Assembly: GCA_964291235.2 (NCBI GenBank) | Contig: OZ219816.1 | Coordinates: forward strand, 416,001 to 480,000 | Source: Vicinamibacteria bacterium | Lineage (GTDB): Bacteria > Acidobacteriota > Vicinamibacteria > Marinacidobacterales > Marinacidobacteraceae | DNA length: 64,000 nt | Direction of reading: 5' to 3' | Shown: one piece after another, positions 52,136 through 63,086 of the stretch | Position numbering within the stretch: position 1 is the stretch's first letter | How the letters are laid out: each line of letters begins with the position of its first letter | Notes under the pieces: generated by a model | Database searches by the model: none | What the model saw: only the letters and a program-made list of their open reading frames with translations | Told to the model about the DNA's origin: nothing | Program-made: the position numbers and the translations under genes

Positions 52136-53071
52136 CTAGGATCCGGGAACGGCGACCGGGGCGGATTCGAGTGGAGCGGGCCGGTCGCCTACCCGCCGGA
52201 GGAGGGCCGCCAGCGCCTGGTCGGTCACCGGACACACCGCGGAAGACACTCCCTCTTCGCCGGCGTCGCGAACCTCGATCAGCGCGTGGCCGGCCGAGCC
52301 GAGGACCTCGGCGGCGGCGGATGCGCCTTCCCCCCAGATCGCCACGGGACGCTTCCGGCCCTCGGTGGCGCGGCGGACCGCGAGCGCCGGGGGCTCGGGA
52401 TCCAGCGCCGCGCGGAGTTTCATGCGGAAGCCGGTAAGACGCTGCCCGGAGGCGGCGGCAAGCACGAAATGCTGCCGGTGCAGCAGAAGGAGCAGCCGTG
52501 GGCCAGACGTGTCCGCCGCCCGTACCAGCCACTCCGGAAGCACCGCGAGGCTGGTGGCGTCCACCCAGCGCACCCGAAGCCCGGCCGCCTCCGCCGCTGC
52601 CTCGTACTGCTGGACGACCGGCGAACCCGTCACCGCGCCGAGTACGGAGCGGCGCCCGAAGGCACCCGAAGCCATGGTTCCGAATCGGAAGCGTCCATCC
52701 ACGTCCGGGGAGGCGGCGCCCGCACTCGTGGTCAAACCGCGGACGAGTTCGGTGCGCAGTCTCCTGGCGGCTCCCGAACCCGCGGCCGCGGACAAAGCGG
52801 CGTGGGCAGCCCGATCCGGCAGCGCAATCACGGCGTCGCCGAACCTGTCGCCGGAAGAGCCAAGGATCCGGATGGCAGCCTGAACCGCGCGCGCCGCTTC
52901 CACCGAGGAAGCCAGATTGGCCTCGGTGGGTGACGGCTTCAGGAAATCCGCCGGCAGACCCCAGCGTACCCAGCGGCCATCGGTGGTGCGGGCGAGAAGA
53001 TGATCTTCCCGAAACGTGATCGCGACAGCCCCGCGCCCGCGGCCGGGGTGAAGGAAGGACAGCGGGGACAA
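52136..53071 (-). CDS. PilM-like (degenerate actin-fold) protein
   Basis: LP...LKPS.TEANL, AVIALPD, VVQQYEAAAEAAGLRVRWVD; context with PilN/O-like genes. Confidence 0.55.
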   Translation of the reverse strand: MSPLSFLHPGRGRGAVAITFREDHLLARTTDGRWVRWGLPADFLKPSPTEANLASSVEAARAVQAAIRILGSSGDRFGDAVIALPDRAAHAALSAAAGSGAARRLRTELVRGLTTSAGAASPDVDGRFRFGTMASGAFGRRSVLGAVTGSPVVQQYEAAAEAAGLRVRWVDATSLAVLPEWLVRAADTSGPRLLLLLHRQHFVLAAASGQRLTGFRMKLRAALDPEPPALAVRRATEGRKRPVAIWGEGASAAAEVLGSAGHALIEVRDAGEEGVSSAVCPVTDQALAALLRRVGDRPAPLESAPVAVPGS

Positions 53072-53097
53072 GACTCCGACCGGGAAACCGATTTAGC

Positions 53098-53146
53098 CTA
53101 GCAGCCGGTGGTGAAACGCACGTAAGCGCCGAGAGCGGGGAGGCGG
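53098..53146 (+). mobile_element. Truncated left end of the 26214 MITE
   Basis: CTAGCAGCCGGTGGTGAAAC..CGT.AGCGCCGAGAG matches 26212-26249; no right TIR seen. Confidence 0.7.
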
Positions 53147-53409
53147 CAGTTGCGGGAGCCGGCAGCTCGTCAAACCCGCCGCGCCGGACAGCGTTTTGGG
53201 TGGTAGGATGGAAGATCGGGCTGCGGGCCTTGTCCGTCCGCGCAGGCGAGCGCGGGGATCATTCGCCCGCGTGGTCATCGTCCGAACGAGTTCCAGCGCT
53301 CCAAGCCGGCGCCGGTTGTTCGGCACCCGGTCGGAACACCGGGATCCGAACGATCTCCGAACGTTCCGGTGCAGAGCAAATCCCCAACGAGCCCACAATC
53401 TGGAGAAGC

Positions 53410-55476
53410 ATGCGCGACTATCAGACCGCCGAACTTCGCAATCTCGCCGTGGTCGGACACGGAACGTCCGGGAAGACGACGCTCGTCTCGGCCCTCCTCT
53501 ACACCGCCGGCGCTGTCACGCGCCTCGCCCGCGTCGAAGACGGCAACACGACGACCGATTTCGATGAAGACGAAATCGAACGCGGCATCAGCCTGAACGC
53601 GGCACCCACCCATTTCGAGTGGGACGGCGTCAAGATCAACCTCCTGGATACACCGGGATACAGCAATTTCCTCACCGAGGCGAAACTGGCCATACCGGTC
53701 GCCGATGCCGCGCTCATCTCGGTTTGCGCTGTAGATGGGGTAGGTGTCAACACGGAGCGGGTCTGGAAGTTCGCGCAGGACAACCGCGCGGCGGCGATCT
53801 TTGCCATCACCCGCATGGACCGCGATCGGGCGTCGTTCGAACGCGCGCTGGGATCGATCCGGGAGACTTTCGGGCGTACGGCGATCCCCGTCCAGCTCCC
53901 GATCGGAAGCGAATCCGGGTTCTCGGGGGTGGTGGACCTCATCACCCTGAAGGCGATCAGCGGCCCGGGACCAGACGGCAGCGGGGCCACGAGCGGCGAC
54001 GTTCCCGCCGAACTGCGGGAGCCGGCGGAGGCCGCCCGCAACGAACTCATGGAAATGATCGCCGAGTCGGACGAAGAGCTGCTGGATCAGTTCTTCAGCG
54101 AGGGAGAGCTGACCGCCGAGGAAATGACCCGGGGCCTCAAGGCGGCCGTCGCCGCCCGGGCCATCTTCCCGGTGGTGGCGGCGACCGGAGCGCACAACGT
54201 CGGCACCACGGCGCTCCTCGACCTGATCGTCGCCGCCACGCCGGATCCGACCGGGCGCGGACCGGCTCGGGGAGTGAACGCGGAAGGGGAGCCGGTGGAG
54301 CGCGAGGTCGCGGACTCCGCAGCGACCAGCGTCTATGTGTACAAGACCATCGCCGACCCCTTCGCCGGACGGCTCAGCCTGTTCCGGGTGATGACGGGCA
54401 GTCTCGATGCCGACACCCAGATGAAGAATCTGACTACCGGCGGCAGCGGGCGGACAGGCGGCGTGAACGTCATGAACGGGAAGACGATGGAGACTGTTTC
54501 CAGGCTGTCGGCTGGCGATCTCGGATGCTTCGCCAAGCTTCGGGACACCTTCACGGGAGACACCCTGGGCTCGGACGACGGGATCCGTTTCGTGCGCCCC
54601 GAGGTGCCGCAGCCCGTCATCGGCTTCGCCATCGAGCCCAAGTCCCGGGGCGACGAGGAGAAGATCTCCCAGGCGCTCCAGCGGCTGCGCGAAGAAGACC
54701 TGACCCTGAGATTCGATCGCGACCAGGAACTGCTGCTCTCCGGGACCGGGCAACTCCACATCGAGGTGGTGGTGTCGCGCCTGAAGCGGAAGTTCGGCGT
54801 CGAGGTGGACCTGAAACCGCCGCGAGTGCCGTACCGCGAGACGATCACGGTGGCCGCGGAGGCTCACGGCAGGCACAAGAAGCAAACCGGCGGGCACGGT
54901 CAGTTCGCCGACTGTCACGTGCGCGTCGAGCCGCTCGAGCGCGGCCAGGACTTCGAATTCGCAAGCGCGATCGTGGGTGGCGCCATCCCGCGGCAGTTCA
55001 TCCCGGCTATCGAGAAGGGATTCCAGGAGGCCCGGCAGAAGGGCTACCTCGCGGGCTACCCCGTCGTGGACTTCAAGGCCACGGTTTTCGACGGGAAGTT
55101 CCACACCGTCGATTCGTCGGAGATCGCCTTCAAGATCGCGGCATCCATCGCGTTCAAGGACGCCATGGCCAAGTGCCGCCCCACCCTCCTGGAGCCGATC
55201 ATGTCGGTGGTGATTACCGTTCCGGACGAGAACACGGGAGATGTCCTCGGCGATCTGAACTCCCGGCGTGGCCGCACCCAGGGCATGGACCGGAAGGGCT
55301 CACAGACTGCCATCACCGCACAGGCGCCGATGGCCGAAATGCTCACCTACGAGCCGACGCTGACCTCTCTGACCGGAGGACGTGGGGGCTTCCACATGGA
55401 GTTTTCCCACTATGACCCGGTCCCCGGGAATCTCGCCAAGGCGTTGATCGACGCCCACCAAACACGGAACGACTAG
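53410..55476 (+). CDS. fusA: Elongation factor G paralogue (EF-G2-like)
   Basis: GHGTSGKTT, ERGISL, LLDTPG, GQLHIEV, YRETI, HKKQTGGHGQF, VDSSEIAF. Outside the str operon; start at ATG 53410. Confidence 0.92.
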   Translation: MRDYQTAELRNLAVVGHGTSGKTTLVSALLYTAGAVTRLARVEDGNTTTDFDEDEIERGISLNAAPTHFEWDGVKINLLDTPGYSNFLTEAKLAIPVADAALISVCAVDGVGVNTERVWKFAQDNRAAAIFAITRMDRDRASFERALGSIRETFGRTAIPVQLPIGSESGFSGVVDLITLKAISGPGPDGSGATSGDVPAELREPAEAARNELMEMIAESDEELLDQFFSEGELTAEEMTRGLKAAVAARAIFPVVAATGAHNVGTTALLDLIVAATPDPTGRGPARGVNAEGEPVEREVADSAATSVYVYKTIADPFAGRLSLFRVMTGSLDADTQMKNLTTGGSGRTGGVNVMNGKTMETVSRLSAGDLGCFAKLRDTFTGDTLGSDDGIRFVRPEVPQPVIGFAIEPKSRGDEEKISQALQRLREEDLTLRFDRDQELLLSGTGQLHIEVVVSRLKRKFGVEVDLKPPRVPYRETITVAAEAHGRHKKQTGGHGQFADCHVRVEPLERGQDFEFASAIVGGAIPRQFIPAIEKGFQEARQKGYLAGYPVVDFKATVFDGKFHTVDSSEIAFKIAASIAFKDAMAKCRPTLLEPIMSVVITVPDENTGDVLGDLNSRRGRTQGMDRKGSQTAITAQAPMAEMLTYEPTLTSLTGGRGGFHMEFSHYDPVPGNLAKALIDAHQTRND

Positions 55477-55486
55477 TCCGGACGAA

Positions 55487-55527
55487 GAAGCGCCGGCCTC
55501 TGGCCGGCATCGCGGCCGCAGGCCGCG
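55487..55527 (+). repeat. REP-like palindrome
   Basis: GAAGCGCCGGCCTCTGGCCGGCATCGCGGCCGCAGGCCGCG, 10 nt after the fusA stop. Confidence 0.8.
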
Positions 55528-55771
55528 TAACTTCCTGTCCTGATCACTCCCCACTGCGCTGACCCAGTCGGGGACGGCGCGACGTTCTTCGCCCGCCTGA
55601 GTCGCGTTGCGCCACGGAGTTGGGCTGCGGTGCGGCAGGGAACATCAGCGACGGGAGTTCGCCACCGTCAGGACACCGGGGTGAGCAGGATCCGGCTCCG
55701 GTCCCGTATTGCCGGCCCGGTTCTCCCGGCGGGGGCTCCCAGGCGGGGGTTACGGAGCTGGCGTTGCCGAG

Positions 55772-56125
55772 CTAGTCGACGAACTCGATGCGCGCCATCG
55801 GAGCGCCGTCGCCCCGGCGCGGCCCGAGCTTCAGGATCCGCGTGTAACCACCGGGGCGCTCGTGAAACCGCGGCGCCACTTCGCTGAAGAGATGGCGGAC
55901 CACCTGCTTCCGCGGGAGGATCTGAAGCGCGCGGCGCCTCGCCGCCAGATCAGACCGGCGTCCCAGGGTAACGAGCCTCTCGACGAACGGGCGCACCTCC
56001 TTGGCCTTGGCCACGGTGGTCCGCAAGTGTCCGTGTTCGATCAGGGTGGCGGCCAGATTCCTCAGCAGGGCCCGCCGGTGCGATGGCCGGCGACCGAGCT
56101 TGCGGTGTGCCATCTGGTGACGCAT
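55772..56125 (-). CDS. rplQ: 50S ribosomal protein L17
   Basis: [28 protein letters not shown]. Confidence 0.98.
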   Translation of the reverse strand: MRHQMAHRKLGRRPSHRRALLRNLAATLIEHGHLRTTVAKAKEVRPFVERLVTLGRRSDLAARRRALQILPRKQVVRHLFSEVAPRFHERPGGYTRILKLGPRRGDGAPMARIEFVD

Positions 56126-56126
56126 T

Positions 56127-57074
56127 TCAGTTCTGTCCCATTCCCAGCTTCAGACCGAGACCTTCGAGAATCCGCTCCACTTCCTCGATGCTCTTGCGTC
56201 CGATGTTCCGCTCCCGCAGCAGTTCCGCGTCGGTCTTGACGACGAGGTCGCCGATCGTCGCTATGTCGGCGTTCCGCAGGCCGTTGTACGCCCGCACCGA
56301 GAGCTTGTCCGCATAGTCGTCGATGGAGGTGTTGCAATGCAGCTCGTAAGCCTTCTGCTCGTCGCTAATGACGACATCTTCCGTCGCTTCGCCTTCGCCG
56401 CCGACAAAGATCCCCAGCATCTCCCGCAGTAGCCGGGCCGCGGTGGCGACCGCTTCCTGGGGCCGGATCGAACCGTTGGTCTGCACGTCGATGACGAGCT
56501 TGTCGAGGTCCGTGTCCTGGCCGACGCGCGCCGGCTCAACCTTGTAGTTGACCTTGCGGACCGGCGAATGGGTCGAGTCGAGCGGGATGTAGCCAACCTC
56601 CAGGTCAGTGTCGCGGTTCCGCTCCGCCTGGATATAGCCACGACCGTTCTTGACCCGCATTTCGATGTCCAGCTCGGCCGCCTGGGTAATGGTTGCCAGG
56701 TGGACGTCGGGATCCAGAATTTCGACGTTGGGGTCGGTCTCGATGTCCCCCGACGTCAGAGAGCCTGTTTTTCTGCCCTTGAGCCGGATGGTCCTCGGCT
56801 GCGTCCCATGGACACGCAGAGGGATCCGCTTGATGTTCAGGATGATGTCCAGAGTGTCTTCCTTGACTCCCGGAATCGTCGACATTTCGTGCTGCACGCC
56901 GTCGAATTTGACCGCCGTGACCGCGGCGCCCTGAATGGAAGAGATCAACAGACGCCGCAGCGCATTGCCGATGGTGACTCCATAGCCCCGCTCAAAGGGG
57001 TGAGCAGAAAACCGACCGAAGTCGTCGCTGCTGGTTTCGATGTTGAGGCCGCTGGGCCTCCGAAGTTCTGACAT
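56127..57074 (-). CDS. rpoA: RNA polymerase subunit alpha
   Basis: [43 protein letters not shown]; start at ATG 57074. Confidence 0.98.
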   Translation of the reverse strand: MSELRRPSGLNIETSSDDFGRFSAHPFERGYGVTIGNALRRLLISSIQGAAVTAVKFDGVQHEMSTIPGVKEDTLDIILNIKRIPLRVHGTQPRTIRLKGRKTGSLTSGDIETDPNVEILDPDVHLATITQAAELDIEMRVKNGRGYIQAERNRDTDLEVGYIPLDSTHSPVRKVNYKVEPARVGQDTDLDKLVIDVQTNGSIRPQEAVATAARLLREMLGIFVGGEGEATEDVVISDEQKAYELHCNTSIDDYADKLSVRAYNGLRNADIATIGDLVVKTDAELLRERNIGRKSIEEVERILEGLGLKLGMGQN

Positions 57075-57108
57075 ATGCGCCGTCCCTATCCTTTCCTTTT
57101 CTTGCCCG

Positions 57109-57741
57109 TCAGCGCGAGTACAGCTCGACAATGAGCTGGTCGCGAATCTTTAGTTGGGGGTCTTCGCCGGAGGGGAGCGTGACAACCCTGCCCGACGCCA
57201 TGTCATCTGCCTCACGCTGAAGCCATTCGGGAACCGTCCGACTCTCAGCGCTCTCCATGATCTGTTTGAAGAAATCCTTCTTGCGCGTCTTGTCGCACAC
57301 CCGGATCACGTCACCTTCGTTGATGATGCTGGACGGAATGTCCACGCGCTTTCCGTTCACCTCGACGTGCCCGTGCCGGACAAAGAGCCGGGCCGAGGCG
57401 CGTGAGGAAGCGAGACCGAGTCGGTAAACCGTGTTGTCGAGCCGTCGCTCGAGCAGTTGGAGCAGGAATGTGCCGGTCACGGCCCGTTCACGCTCTGCAC
57501 GCTCGAAATAGAGGCGGAACTGACGCTCGAGCAAACCGTAGGCGCGCTTCGCCTTCTGCTTCTCGCGAAGCTGAAGTCCGTAGCCCTGAACACGACTGCG
57601 ACGTGTCTTGCCGTGGGCTCCGGGTGCGAAGTTGCGTTTGTCAATAGCGCACTTCGGGCTGAGGCAGCGGTCGCCCTTCAAAAAGAGCTTGGCCCCCTCC
57701 CGGCGACAGAGCCGGCAGACGGGACCGCGATATCTGGCCAA
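57109..57741 (-). CDS. rpsD: 30S ribosomal protein S4
   Basis: ARYRGPVCRLCRREG, LREKQK, LERRLDN, IVELYSR; TTG start with AGGAGG RBS. Confidence 0.98.
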   Translation of the reverse strand: MARYRGPVCRLCRREGAKLFLKGDRCLSPKCAIDKRNFAPGAHGKTRRSRVQGYGLQLREKQKAKRAYGLLERQFRLYFERAERERAVTGTFLLQLLERRLDNTVYRLGLASSRASARLFVRHGHVEVNGKRVDIPSSIINEGDVIRVCDKTRKKDFFKQIMESAESRTVPEWLQREADDMASGRVVTLPSGEDPQLKIRDQLIVELYSR

Positions 57742-57750
57742 GATCTCCTC

Positions 57751-58701
57751 CTAACAGCCTGTGGACAACGCCTGGCTGCAATCGCTCGCGGCGCAAGGCG
57801 CCGCGAGGGTGGGGTGTGGGGAGGGGTTTCCCCTCCCCGCGAAAGTGGGGGGCGCGGAACGCGCCATCACCCCGTGGGGAAAGCGCCCCGCACGTACGAC
57901 GACCGCCAGGCTGGGCGTACGTGCCGTCCTGCGTCCGGTGCGGGGCGTTTTTTCCACGGGTTTCGCGGCGCACCGCGCCGCGGGGGTGGGGTGTGGGGAG
58001 GGGTTTCCCCTCCCCGCGAAAGTGGGGGGCGCGGAACGCGCCATCACCCCGTGGGGAAAGCGCCCCGCACGCACGACGACCGCCGGGCTGGGCGTACGTG
58101 CCGTCCGAGGTCCGGTGCGGGGCGTTTTTTCCCGGTCGCGGCGCACCGCGCCGCGTGTGGGGAGGGGTTTCCCCTCCCCACGAAAGAGGGGGGCGCGGAA
58201 CGCGCCATCACCCCGTGGGGAAAGCGCCCCGCACGCACGACGACCGCCGGGCTGGGCGTACGTGCCGTCCGAGGTCCGGTGCGGGGCGTTTTTCCACGGG
58301 TTGTTAATTCGCTTCTTGGGTGGCCGGCACCCGTTATGCGGAATCGGGGTGACATCCTTGATCGACCTCACCTCGATACCGGCAGCCGCTATGGCGCGGA
58401 TCGCGGCTTCGCGTCCGGCGCCAGGGCCCTTCACCTTGACGTCCACGTGGGTGCAGCCGCGCCCGCGGGCTTCGCGTGAGGCCGCACCGGCAGCCTGCTG
58501 CGCCGCGAACGGCGTCTGCTTCCTCGACCCCTTGAAGCCCTGCGATCCGGCGGTGGCCCAGCAGACCACGTTTCCGGCGGGGTCGGCGAACGTGATGATC
58601 GTGTTGTGGTACGTCGCCTGGATCGACACGACACCCGCGGTCAGCGTGCGCTTCTCGCGCTTCTTCCCGGTCCGGCGGCGCGCTGTCTTCTTCTTTGCCA
58701 T
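57751..58701 (-). CDS. rpsK: 30S ribosomal protein S11 (S11 homology 58306-58701) reading through an inserted repeat element
   Basis: [37 protein letters not shown]; no stop until 57751. Confidence 0.9.
   Translation of the reverse strand: MAKKKTARRRTGKKREKRTLTAGVVSIQATYHNTIITFADPAGNVVCWATAGSQGFKGSRKQTPFAAQQAAGAASREARGRGCTHVDVKVKGPGAGREAAIRAIAAAGIEVRSIKDVTPIPHNGCRPPKKRINNPWKNAPHRTSDGTYAQPGGRRACGALSPRGDGAFRAPLFRGEGKPLPTRGAVRRDREKTPRTGPRTARTPSPAVVVRAGRFPHGVMARSAPPTFAGRGNPSPHPTPAARCAAKPVEKTPRTGRRTARTPSLAVVVRAGRFPHGVMARSAPPTFAGRGNPSPHPTLAAPCAASDCSQALSTGC
57752..58306. mobile_element. About 555-bp MITE-like element with three tandem units (periods 177 and 164 bp) between rpsK and rpsD
   Basis: Ends TAACAGCCTGTGGACAACGCC / TAACAACCCGTGGAAAAACGCC (inverted); GAGGGGTTTCCCCTCCCC at 57821, 57998, 58162. 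Confidence 0.85.
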
Positions 58702-58724
58702 GTGGTGTTCCCTATCCCTTCAGC

Positions 58725-59090
58725 TCAGCGCCGGCGCATTCCGACACGACGAGGGCCGCGTCGGGTCCGGGAGTTCGTTTTCGTGCGTTGCCCCCGCGCG
58801 GGAAGTCCGCGACGGTGACGAAGCCCGCGATAACAGCCGATGTCCATAAGGCGCTTCAGGTCCATGGAAATCCGTTTCCTCAGATCTCCTTCGACGCCGC
58901 CTTCGTCGTCCATGACCCGGCCGATGCGGCTCACCTCTTCCTCGGTCAGATCGCTGACGCGCCGGTGGGGCTCGATCCCGGCCTTGCCCAGGATGGTCAC
59001 CGCCCGGTGCGAACCCACTCCGTAGATGTAGGTCAACCCGATGTCGATGCGCTTGGCGCGCGGCAGGTCAACGCCGGCAATTCTGGCCAT
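58725..59090 (-). CDS. rpsM: 30S ribosomal protein S13
   Basis: [29 protein letters not shown]. Confidence 0.98.
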   Translation of the reverse strand: MARIAGVDLPRAKRIDIGLTYIYGVGSHRAVTILGKAGIEPHRRVSDLTEEEVSRIGRVMDDEGGVEGDLRKRISMDLKRLMDIGCYRGLRHRRGLPARGQRTKTNSRTRRGPRRVGMRRR

Positions 59091-59165
59091 CGGTCAGTCC
59101 CTCGCTGTTCCCATCGTCCGGCTCGGCCGGCAGGGAATTCCGTTCAGAGATGCGATCACGATCTG

Positions 59166-59279
59166 TCACCCCTGACGCTGCTTGTGTTTCGGGTTTTCGC
59201 AGATCACCCGCACCACTCCGCGGCGGCGGACAATCTTGCACTTGGCGCAGATGCGCCGAACCGAGGCGCGAACTTTCAT
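59166..59279 (-). CDS. rpmJ: 50S ribosomal protein L36 (zinc-ribbon form)
   Basis: Not in the ORF track: [37 protein letters not shown]. Confidence 0.97.
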   Translation of the reverse strand: MKVRASVRRICAKCKIVRRRGVVRVICENPKHKQRQG

Positions 59280-59289
59280 GTTGCCGCTC

Positions 59290-59511
59290 CTACTTGCACC
59301 GATAGACGATCCGGCCGCGGCTCAGATCGTAGGGAGAGAGCTCCACCAGGACGCGGTCTCCCGGCAGTACCTTGATAAAGCTCTTCCGCATCTTGCCCGA
59401 TACGTGGGCGAGCACCTTGTGGTCGCCGGTATCGAGCTTCACCCGGAACATGGCGTTGGGCAGAGGCTCCATAACGATGGCCTCCACAGAAATGGCGTCT
59501 TCCTTAGACAT
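59290..59511 (-). CDS. infA: Translation initiation factor IF-1
   Basis: [36 protein letters not shown]. Confidence 0.97.
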   Translation of the reverse strand: MSKEDAISVEAIVMEPLPNAMFRVKLDTGDHKVLAHVSGKMRKSFIKVLPGDRVLVELSPYDLSRGRIVYRCK

Positions 59512-60295
59512 GATCTTCCTCGGACCCCGGGGTGCCGGGGTTCTGCTTTCTGGGCTCCGCCAGAATCCACGGCCCACCCTCCATAACGGCGATGGATCGT
59601 TCGAAGTGCGCCGACACGCTGCCGTCCGCAGTAACGACCGTCCACCGATCCCTCTTCACCCGAACGTCCGGGCTTCCGCGATTCACCATCGGCTCAATCG
59701 CGATCACCGCACCCGGTATCAAGCGGGTCCGCTTCCGTGGATCATAGAAGTTCGGAATCCAGGGCTCGGCGTGGAGACTCGTTCCGATCCCGTGCCCGCC
59801 GTACTCGCGCACCACGGAGTAACCGTGGCCCTCGGCATGCGCCTGCACCGCCTGCCCGATGTCCGAGATGCTGTTACCAGGACGCGCAGCCCCGATTCCC
59901 GCATACAGAGCCCCCTCGGTCACCTCAAGCAGTCGCGCCACCTCGTCGTCGATCTGGCCGACGGCGACGGTGGTGGCGTTGTCACCGTAGTACCCGTCAA
60001 CGATGCAGCCGAAATCGAGGCTCACGATGTCGCCCTCCTTCAGCTTTCGCCAACGGGACGGGATGCCGTGGACGACTTCGTCATTGACGGAAACGCACAG
60101 GGTCGCAGGAAAGCCCTGGTATCCCTTGAAGGCCGGCGGAACGCCGTGGCGCTTCAGGTTGTCGGCGGCGACCCGGTCAAGATGAGCCGTGGTCACCCCT
60201 GGCTCCACCGTGCGGGCGAGCAGGTCCAGAGTCTCCACGGTGATCGCGTTGGCCTGGTGGAGCTTGTCCAGCTCGGCGTCGGATCTGGAAATCAT
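59504..60295 (-). CDS. map: Methionine aminopeptidase type I
   Basis: [36 protein letters not shown]. Confidence 0.96.
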   Translation of the reverse strand: MISRSDAELDKLHQANAITVETLDLLARTVEPGVTTAHLDRVAADNLKRHGVPPAFKGYQGFPATLCVSVNDEVVHGIPSRWRKLKEGDIVSLDFGCIVDGYYGDNATTVAVGQIDDEVARLLEVTEGALYAGIGAARPGNSISDIGQAVQAHAEGHGYSVVREYGGHGIGTSLHAEPWIPNFYDPRKRTRLIPGAVIAIEPMVNRGSPDVRVKRDRWTVVTADGSVSAHFERSIAVMEGGPWILAEPRKQNPGTPGSEEDHV

Positions 60296-60888
60296 CGGGT
60301 CACCAACTCGGGGCTCGCCGACCCGGCCGCCACGAACGGCAAGGCCGCGCACAGCCGGTCGAAGACTTCGTCCCGGGACCCAAGCCCGGAAATGTGGGCC
60401 ACCCGGCCCCCGTAGTAGTCGAGGAGCGGATAGGACTCGGACTCGTACACCGCAAGCCGGCGGCGAAACGCCTCCTCGCTGTCGTCCTGCCTGCCGTCAG
60501 TCCCGCGCCGGCCGCGTACGCGCGCGCCGAGTTCCTCCGGCGGCACGGCGATGTTCGCGATCCACTCGGTAGCCCCGAGCTTCGACAACACTTCGGCCAG
60601 CGTCTCGGCCTGCGCGCGGTTCCGCGGGTAGCCATCAAGGATGAAACCTCGACGGCAGTCGGGGGCGGCGATCCGCTCCTCCACGATTCCCAGCACGATT
60701 CGGTCGCTCACCAGCTGGCCGGCCGCCATGACTTCCCGGGCCGCCATCCCGAGTCTGGTGCCGTCCTCGACGGCCTGCCGAAGAATGGCCCCGGTCGAGA
60801 TGTGGGGCAAGCCAAGACTCTCGGCGAGACGGATCGCCTGCGTTCCCTTTCCGGATCCGGGGGCGCCGAGAAGAATGATGGCGTTCAT
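60292..60888 (-). CDS. adk: Adenylate kinase (short LID)
   Basis: GAPGSGKGTQ, HISTG, GFILDGYPR, GRQDD. Confidence 0.96.
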   Translation of the reverse strand: MNAIILLGAPGSGKGTQAIRLAESLGLPHISTGAILRQAVEDGTRLGMAAREVMAAGQLVSDRIVLGIVEERIAAPDCRRGFILDGYPRNRAQAETLAEVLSKLGATEWIANIAVPPEELGARVRGRRGTDGRQDDSEEAFRRRLAVYESESYPLLDYYGGRVAHISGLGSRDEVFDRLCAALPFVAAGSASPELVTR

Positions 60889-60904
60889 GTCAGATCCCGA
60901 CACG

Positions 60905-62290
60905 TCACCCGCGCCGTCCACGAATGCGGCCCCGTTGCAGGAAACCGTCGTAGTTGCGCATGATGAGCTGGCTCTCCACCTGCTGCGCCGTGTCCATGGC
61001 GACGCCGACGACAATGAGGATGGAGGTTCCCCCAAAGTAGAAGGTCACTCCCATTCCTTCGGTGACGAAGGTCGGCAGGACCGAGTCGAGCCACGGCCCG
61101 ATCACCGGAATCGGCGCCACCGTGAACCCGTTCAGAAGAAACTCGGGCAGGACTGCGACCGCGGCGAGATAGATCGCACCCACGAAAGTGAGCTTGCCGA
61201 GGACAGCGTCCAGGTAGCGCGCCGTGGGACGTCCCGGCCGGATTCCCGGCACGTAACCGCCGCTCTTCCGCATGTTGTCCGCAACGTCCGCCGGCTTGAA
61301 GACGATGGCCGTGTAGAAGTAGCAGAAGAACAGGATGGACACCACGTAGAGCAGGGTGTAGAGCGGCATCCCCCAGCGAAGTTGCTCGGCGATCGCCGCC
61401 ATCCAGCGGCTCTCGGTGAACAGCGACGCGAACGTCTGCGGCAGGGCGATGATCGAGCTGGCGAAGATCACCGGAATCACGCCCCCGGTGTTGATCTTGA
61501 GCGGGATGTGCGTGGATTGGCCCTGGTACATCCGCCGACCCACGAACCGCTTCGCGTACTGAACCGGAACCCGCCGCTGGCCTCGCTCGATGAACACGAT
61601 GAAGGCCAGCACGGCGATCATGAAGATGATCAGGATGGCCACCCCGAAGACCGTCTGCTGACCGACCCTGATGTTCTGAACCGTGGTGAGGATCGCCGAC
61701 GGGAACATGACGACGATCCCCGCGAAAATCAGCAGCGACATCCCGTTGCCGACTCCGCGCTCGGTGATCTGCTCGCCGATCCACATGATGAACACCGTTC
61801 CGGCGGTCATCGTGAGGATGGTCATCAGAGTGAACGCCACCCCGGGTTCGTTGACCAGGTTCATCCCGTCCGGCAGGCTCTGGCTCTGCAGGAAGACCGC
61901 AATGCTCGCTGACTGGATCACCGCCAGAATGACGGTGCCGTAGCGGGTGTACTGCGTGATCTTCTTGCGGCCGAGTTCACCCTCCTTGCTGAGCTTCTCG
62001 AGGTACGGCCATACCAGCGTCAGAAGCTGCAGGATGATGGACGCGCTGATATACGGCATGATGCCGAGCGCGAACACGGTGACCTGCGAGAGGTTGCCCC
62101 CGGAGAACATGTCCACGAACCCGAACCAGGTTGCGCGGTTCTGCTCGAAGAACGCGGTCAGCGCGGCCGGGTTGACACCGGGCGTGGGGACGTGGTTTCC
62201 GAGCCGATAGACGGCAAGCATCGCGAGCGTGAACAGAATCCGGGTACGGAGATCCGGAATCCGGACGATGCTGCGGACGGCGTTGATCAC
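60905..62290 (-). CDS. secY: Preprotein translocase subunit SecY
   Basis: [47 protein letters not shown]. Confidence 0.98.
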   Translation of the reverse strand: MINAVRSIVRIPDLRTRILFTLAMLAVYRLGNHVPTPGVNPAALTAFFEQNRATWFGFVDMFSGGNLSQVTVFALGIMPYISASIILQLLTLVWPYLEKLSKEGELGRKKITQYTRYGTVILAVIQSASIAVFLQSQSLPDGMNLVNEPGVAFTLMTILTMTAGTVFIMWIGEQITERGVGNGMSLLIFAGIVVMFPSAILTTVQNIRVGQQTVFGVAILIIFMIAVLAFIVFIERGQRRVPVQYAKRFVGRRMYQGQSTHIPLKINTGGVIPVIFASSIIALPQTFASLFTESRWMAAIAEQLRWGMPLYTLLYVVSILFFCYFYTAIVFKPADVADNMRKSGGYVPGIRPGRPTARYLDAVLGKLTFVGAIYLAAVAVLPEFLLNGFTVAPIPVIGPWLDSVLPTFVTEGMGVTFYFGGTSILIVVGVAMDTAQQVESQLIMRNYDGFLQRGRIRGRRG

Positions 62291-62811
62291 TTCTGGCTGT
62301 CGGACTTCTCGGCGTTCCCGCCGATGATTTCTACGGTCCCGCCCGCGGCTTCGATCTTCCGGCGAGCGGAAGCGCTGAACGCATGGGCGCTCACGGTGAG
62401 CCGGCGATCCAACTCACCCCCGCCAAGGACCTTGATGCGGTAAGGGCGAGGCCGGACCAGCAACGCGGGTCCGTCCGGATCGGCACGGTAGATTCGCGCC
62501 CCCTGGACCAGGCGGGCCGCCACCAGTTCGATTTCGCCGACGGTGGCGCCGTCCTCGAAGCGGTTGAGGTCGCTGAGGTTGACGATCTCCTGGCGGATTC
62601 GGAAGATGTTGGTGAAACCACGCTTCGGCACCCGGCGGATCAGAGGCATCTGGCCCCCTTCAAAACCGCGGCGAAGCGAATACCCGGACCGCGAGCGGGC
62701 TCCCTTGTGACCCCGCCCGGCGGTCTTGCCGGTCCCGGACCCAGGACCGCGTCCCACTCGCTTGCGTGTACGGACAGCGCCCTCGGGCGGCGCCAGTTCA
62801 TGAAGGCTCAC
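62287..62811 (-). CDS. rplO: 50S ribosomal protein L15
   Basis: [34 protein letters not shown]. Confidence 0.97.
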   Translation of the reverse strand: MSLHELAPPEGAVRTRKRVGRGPGSGTGKTAGRGHKGARSRSGYSLRRGFEGGQMPLIRRVPKRGFTNIFRIRQEIVNLSDLNRFEDGATVGEIELVAARLVQGARIYRADPDGPALLVRPRPYRIKVLGGGELDRRLTVSAHAFSASARRKIEAAGGTVEIIGGNAEKSDSQK

Positions 62812-62823
62812 TTGTCTCGGTCC

Positions 62824-63072
62824 TCATTCACCGCCGGCCCGATTCTTCGACGATGCCGACTCTTCGACGATGCGGACAAGGTGCGGAATCCGTCGCACCA
62901 TGCCGCGGATCATCGGGTTATCCGGCCGGGAAACCGTCGCTCCCAGCTTGCGAAGCCCCAACCCCTTCACGACTTCGCGCTGATAGCGCGTCGTGCCGGC
63001 CAATCCCCGCACGAGCTGTACGACGATCGTCGCCTTCTCGGGCGCGGCAGCGGTTTCTTCTGGCTGTGTCAT
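62824..63072 (-). CDS. rpmD: 50S ribosomal protein L30
   Basis: GLGLRK...[19 protein letters not shown]; start at ATG 63072. Confidence 0.92.
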   Translation of the reverse strand: MTQPEETAAAPEKATIVVQLVRGLAGTTRYQREVVKGLGLRKLGATVSRPDNPMIRGMVRRIPHLVRIVEESASSKNRAGGE

Positions 63073-63086
63073 GGCTCTTTTCGCGA

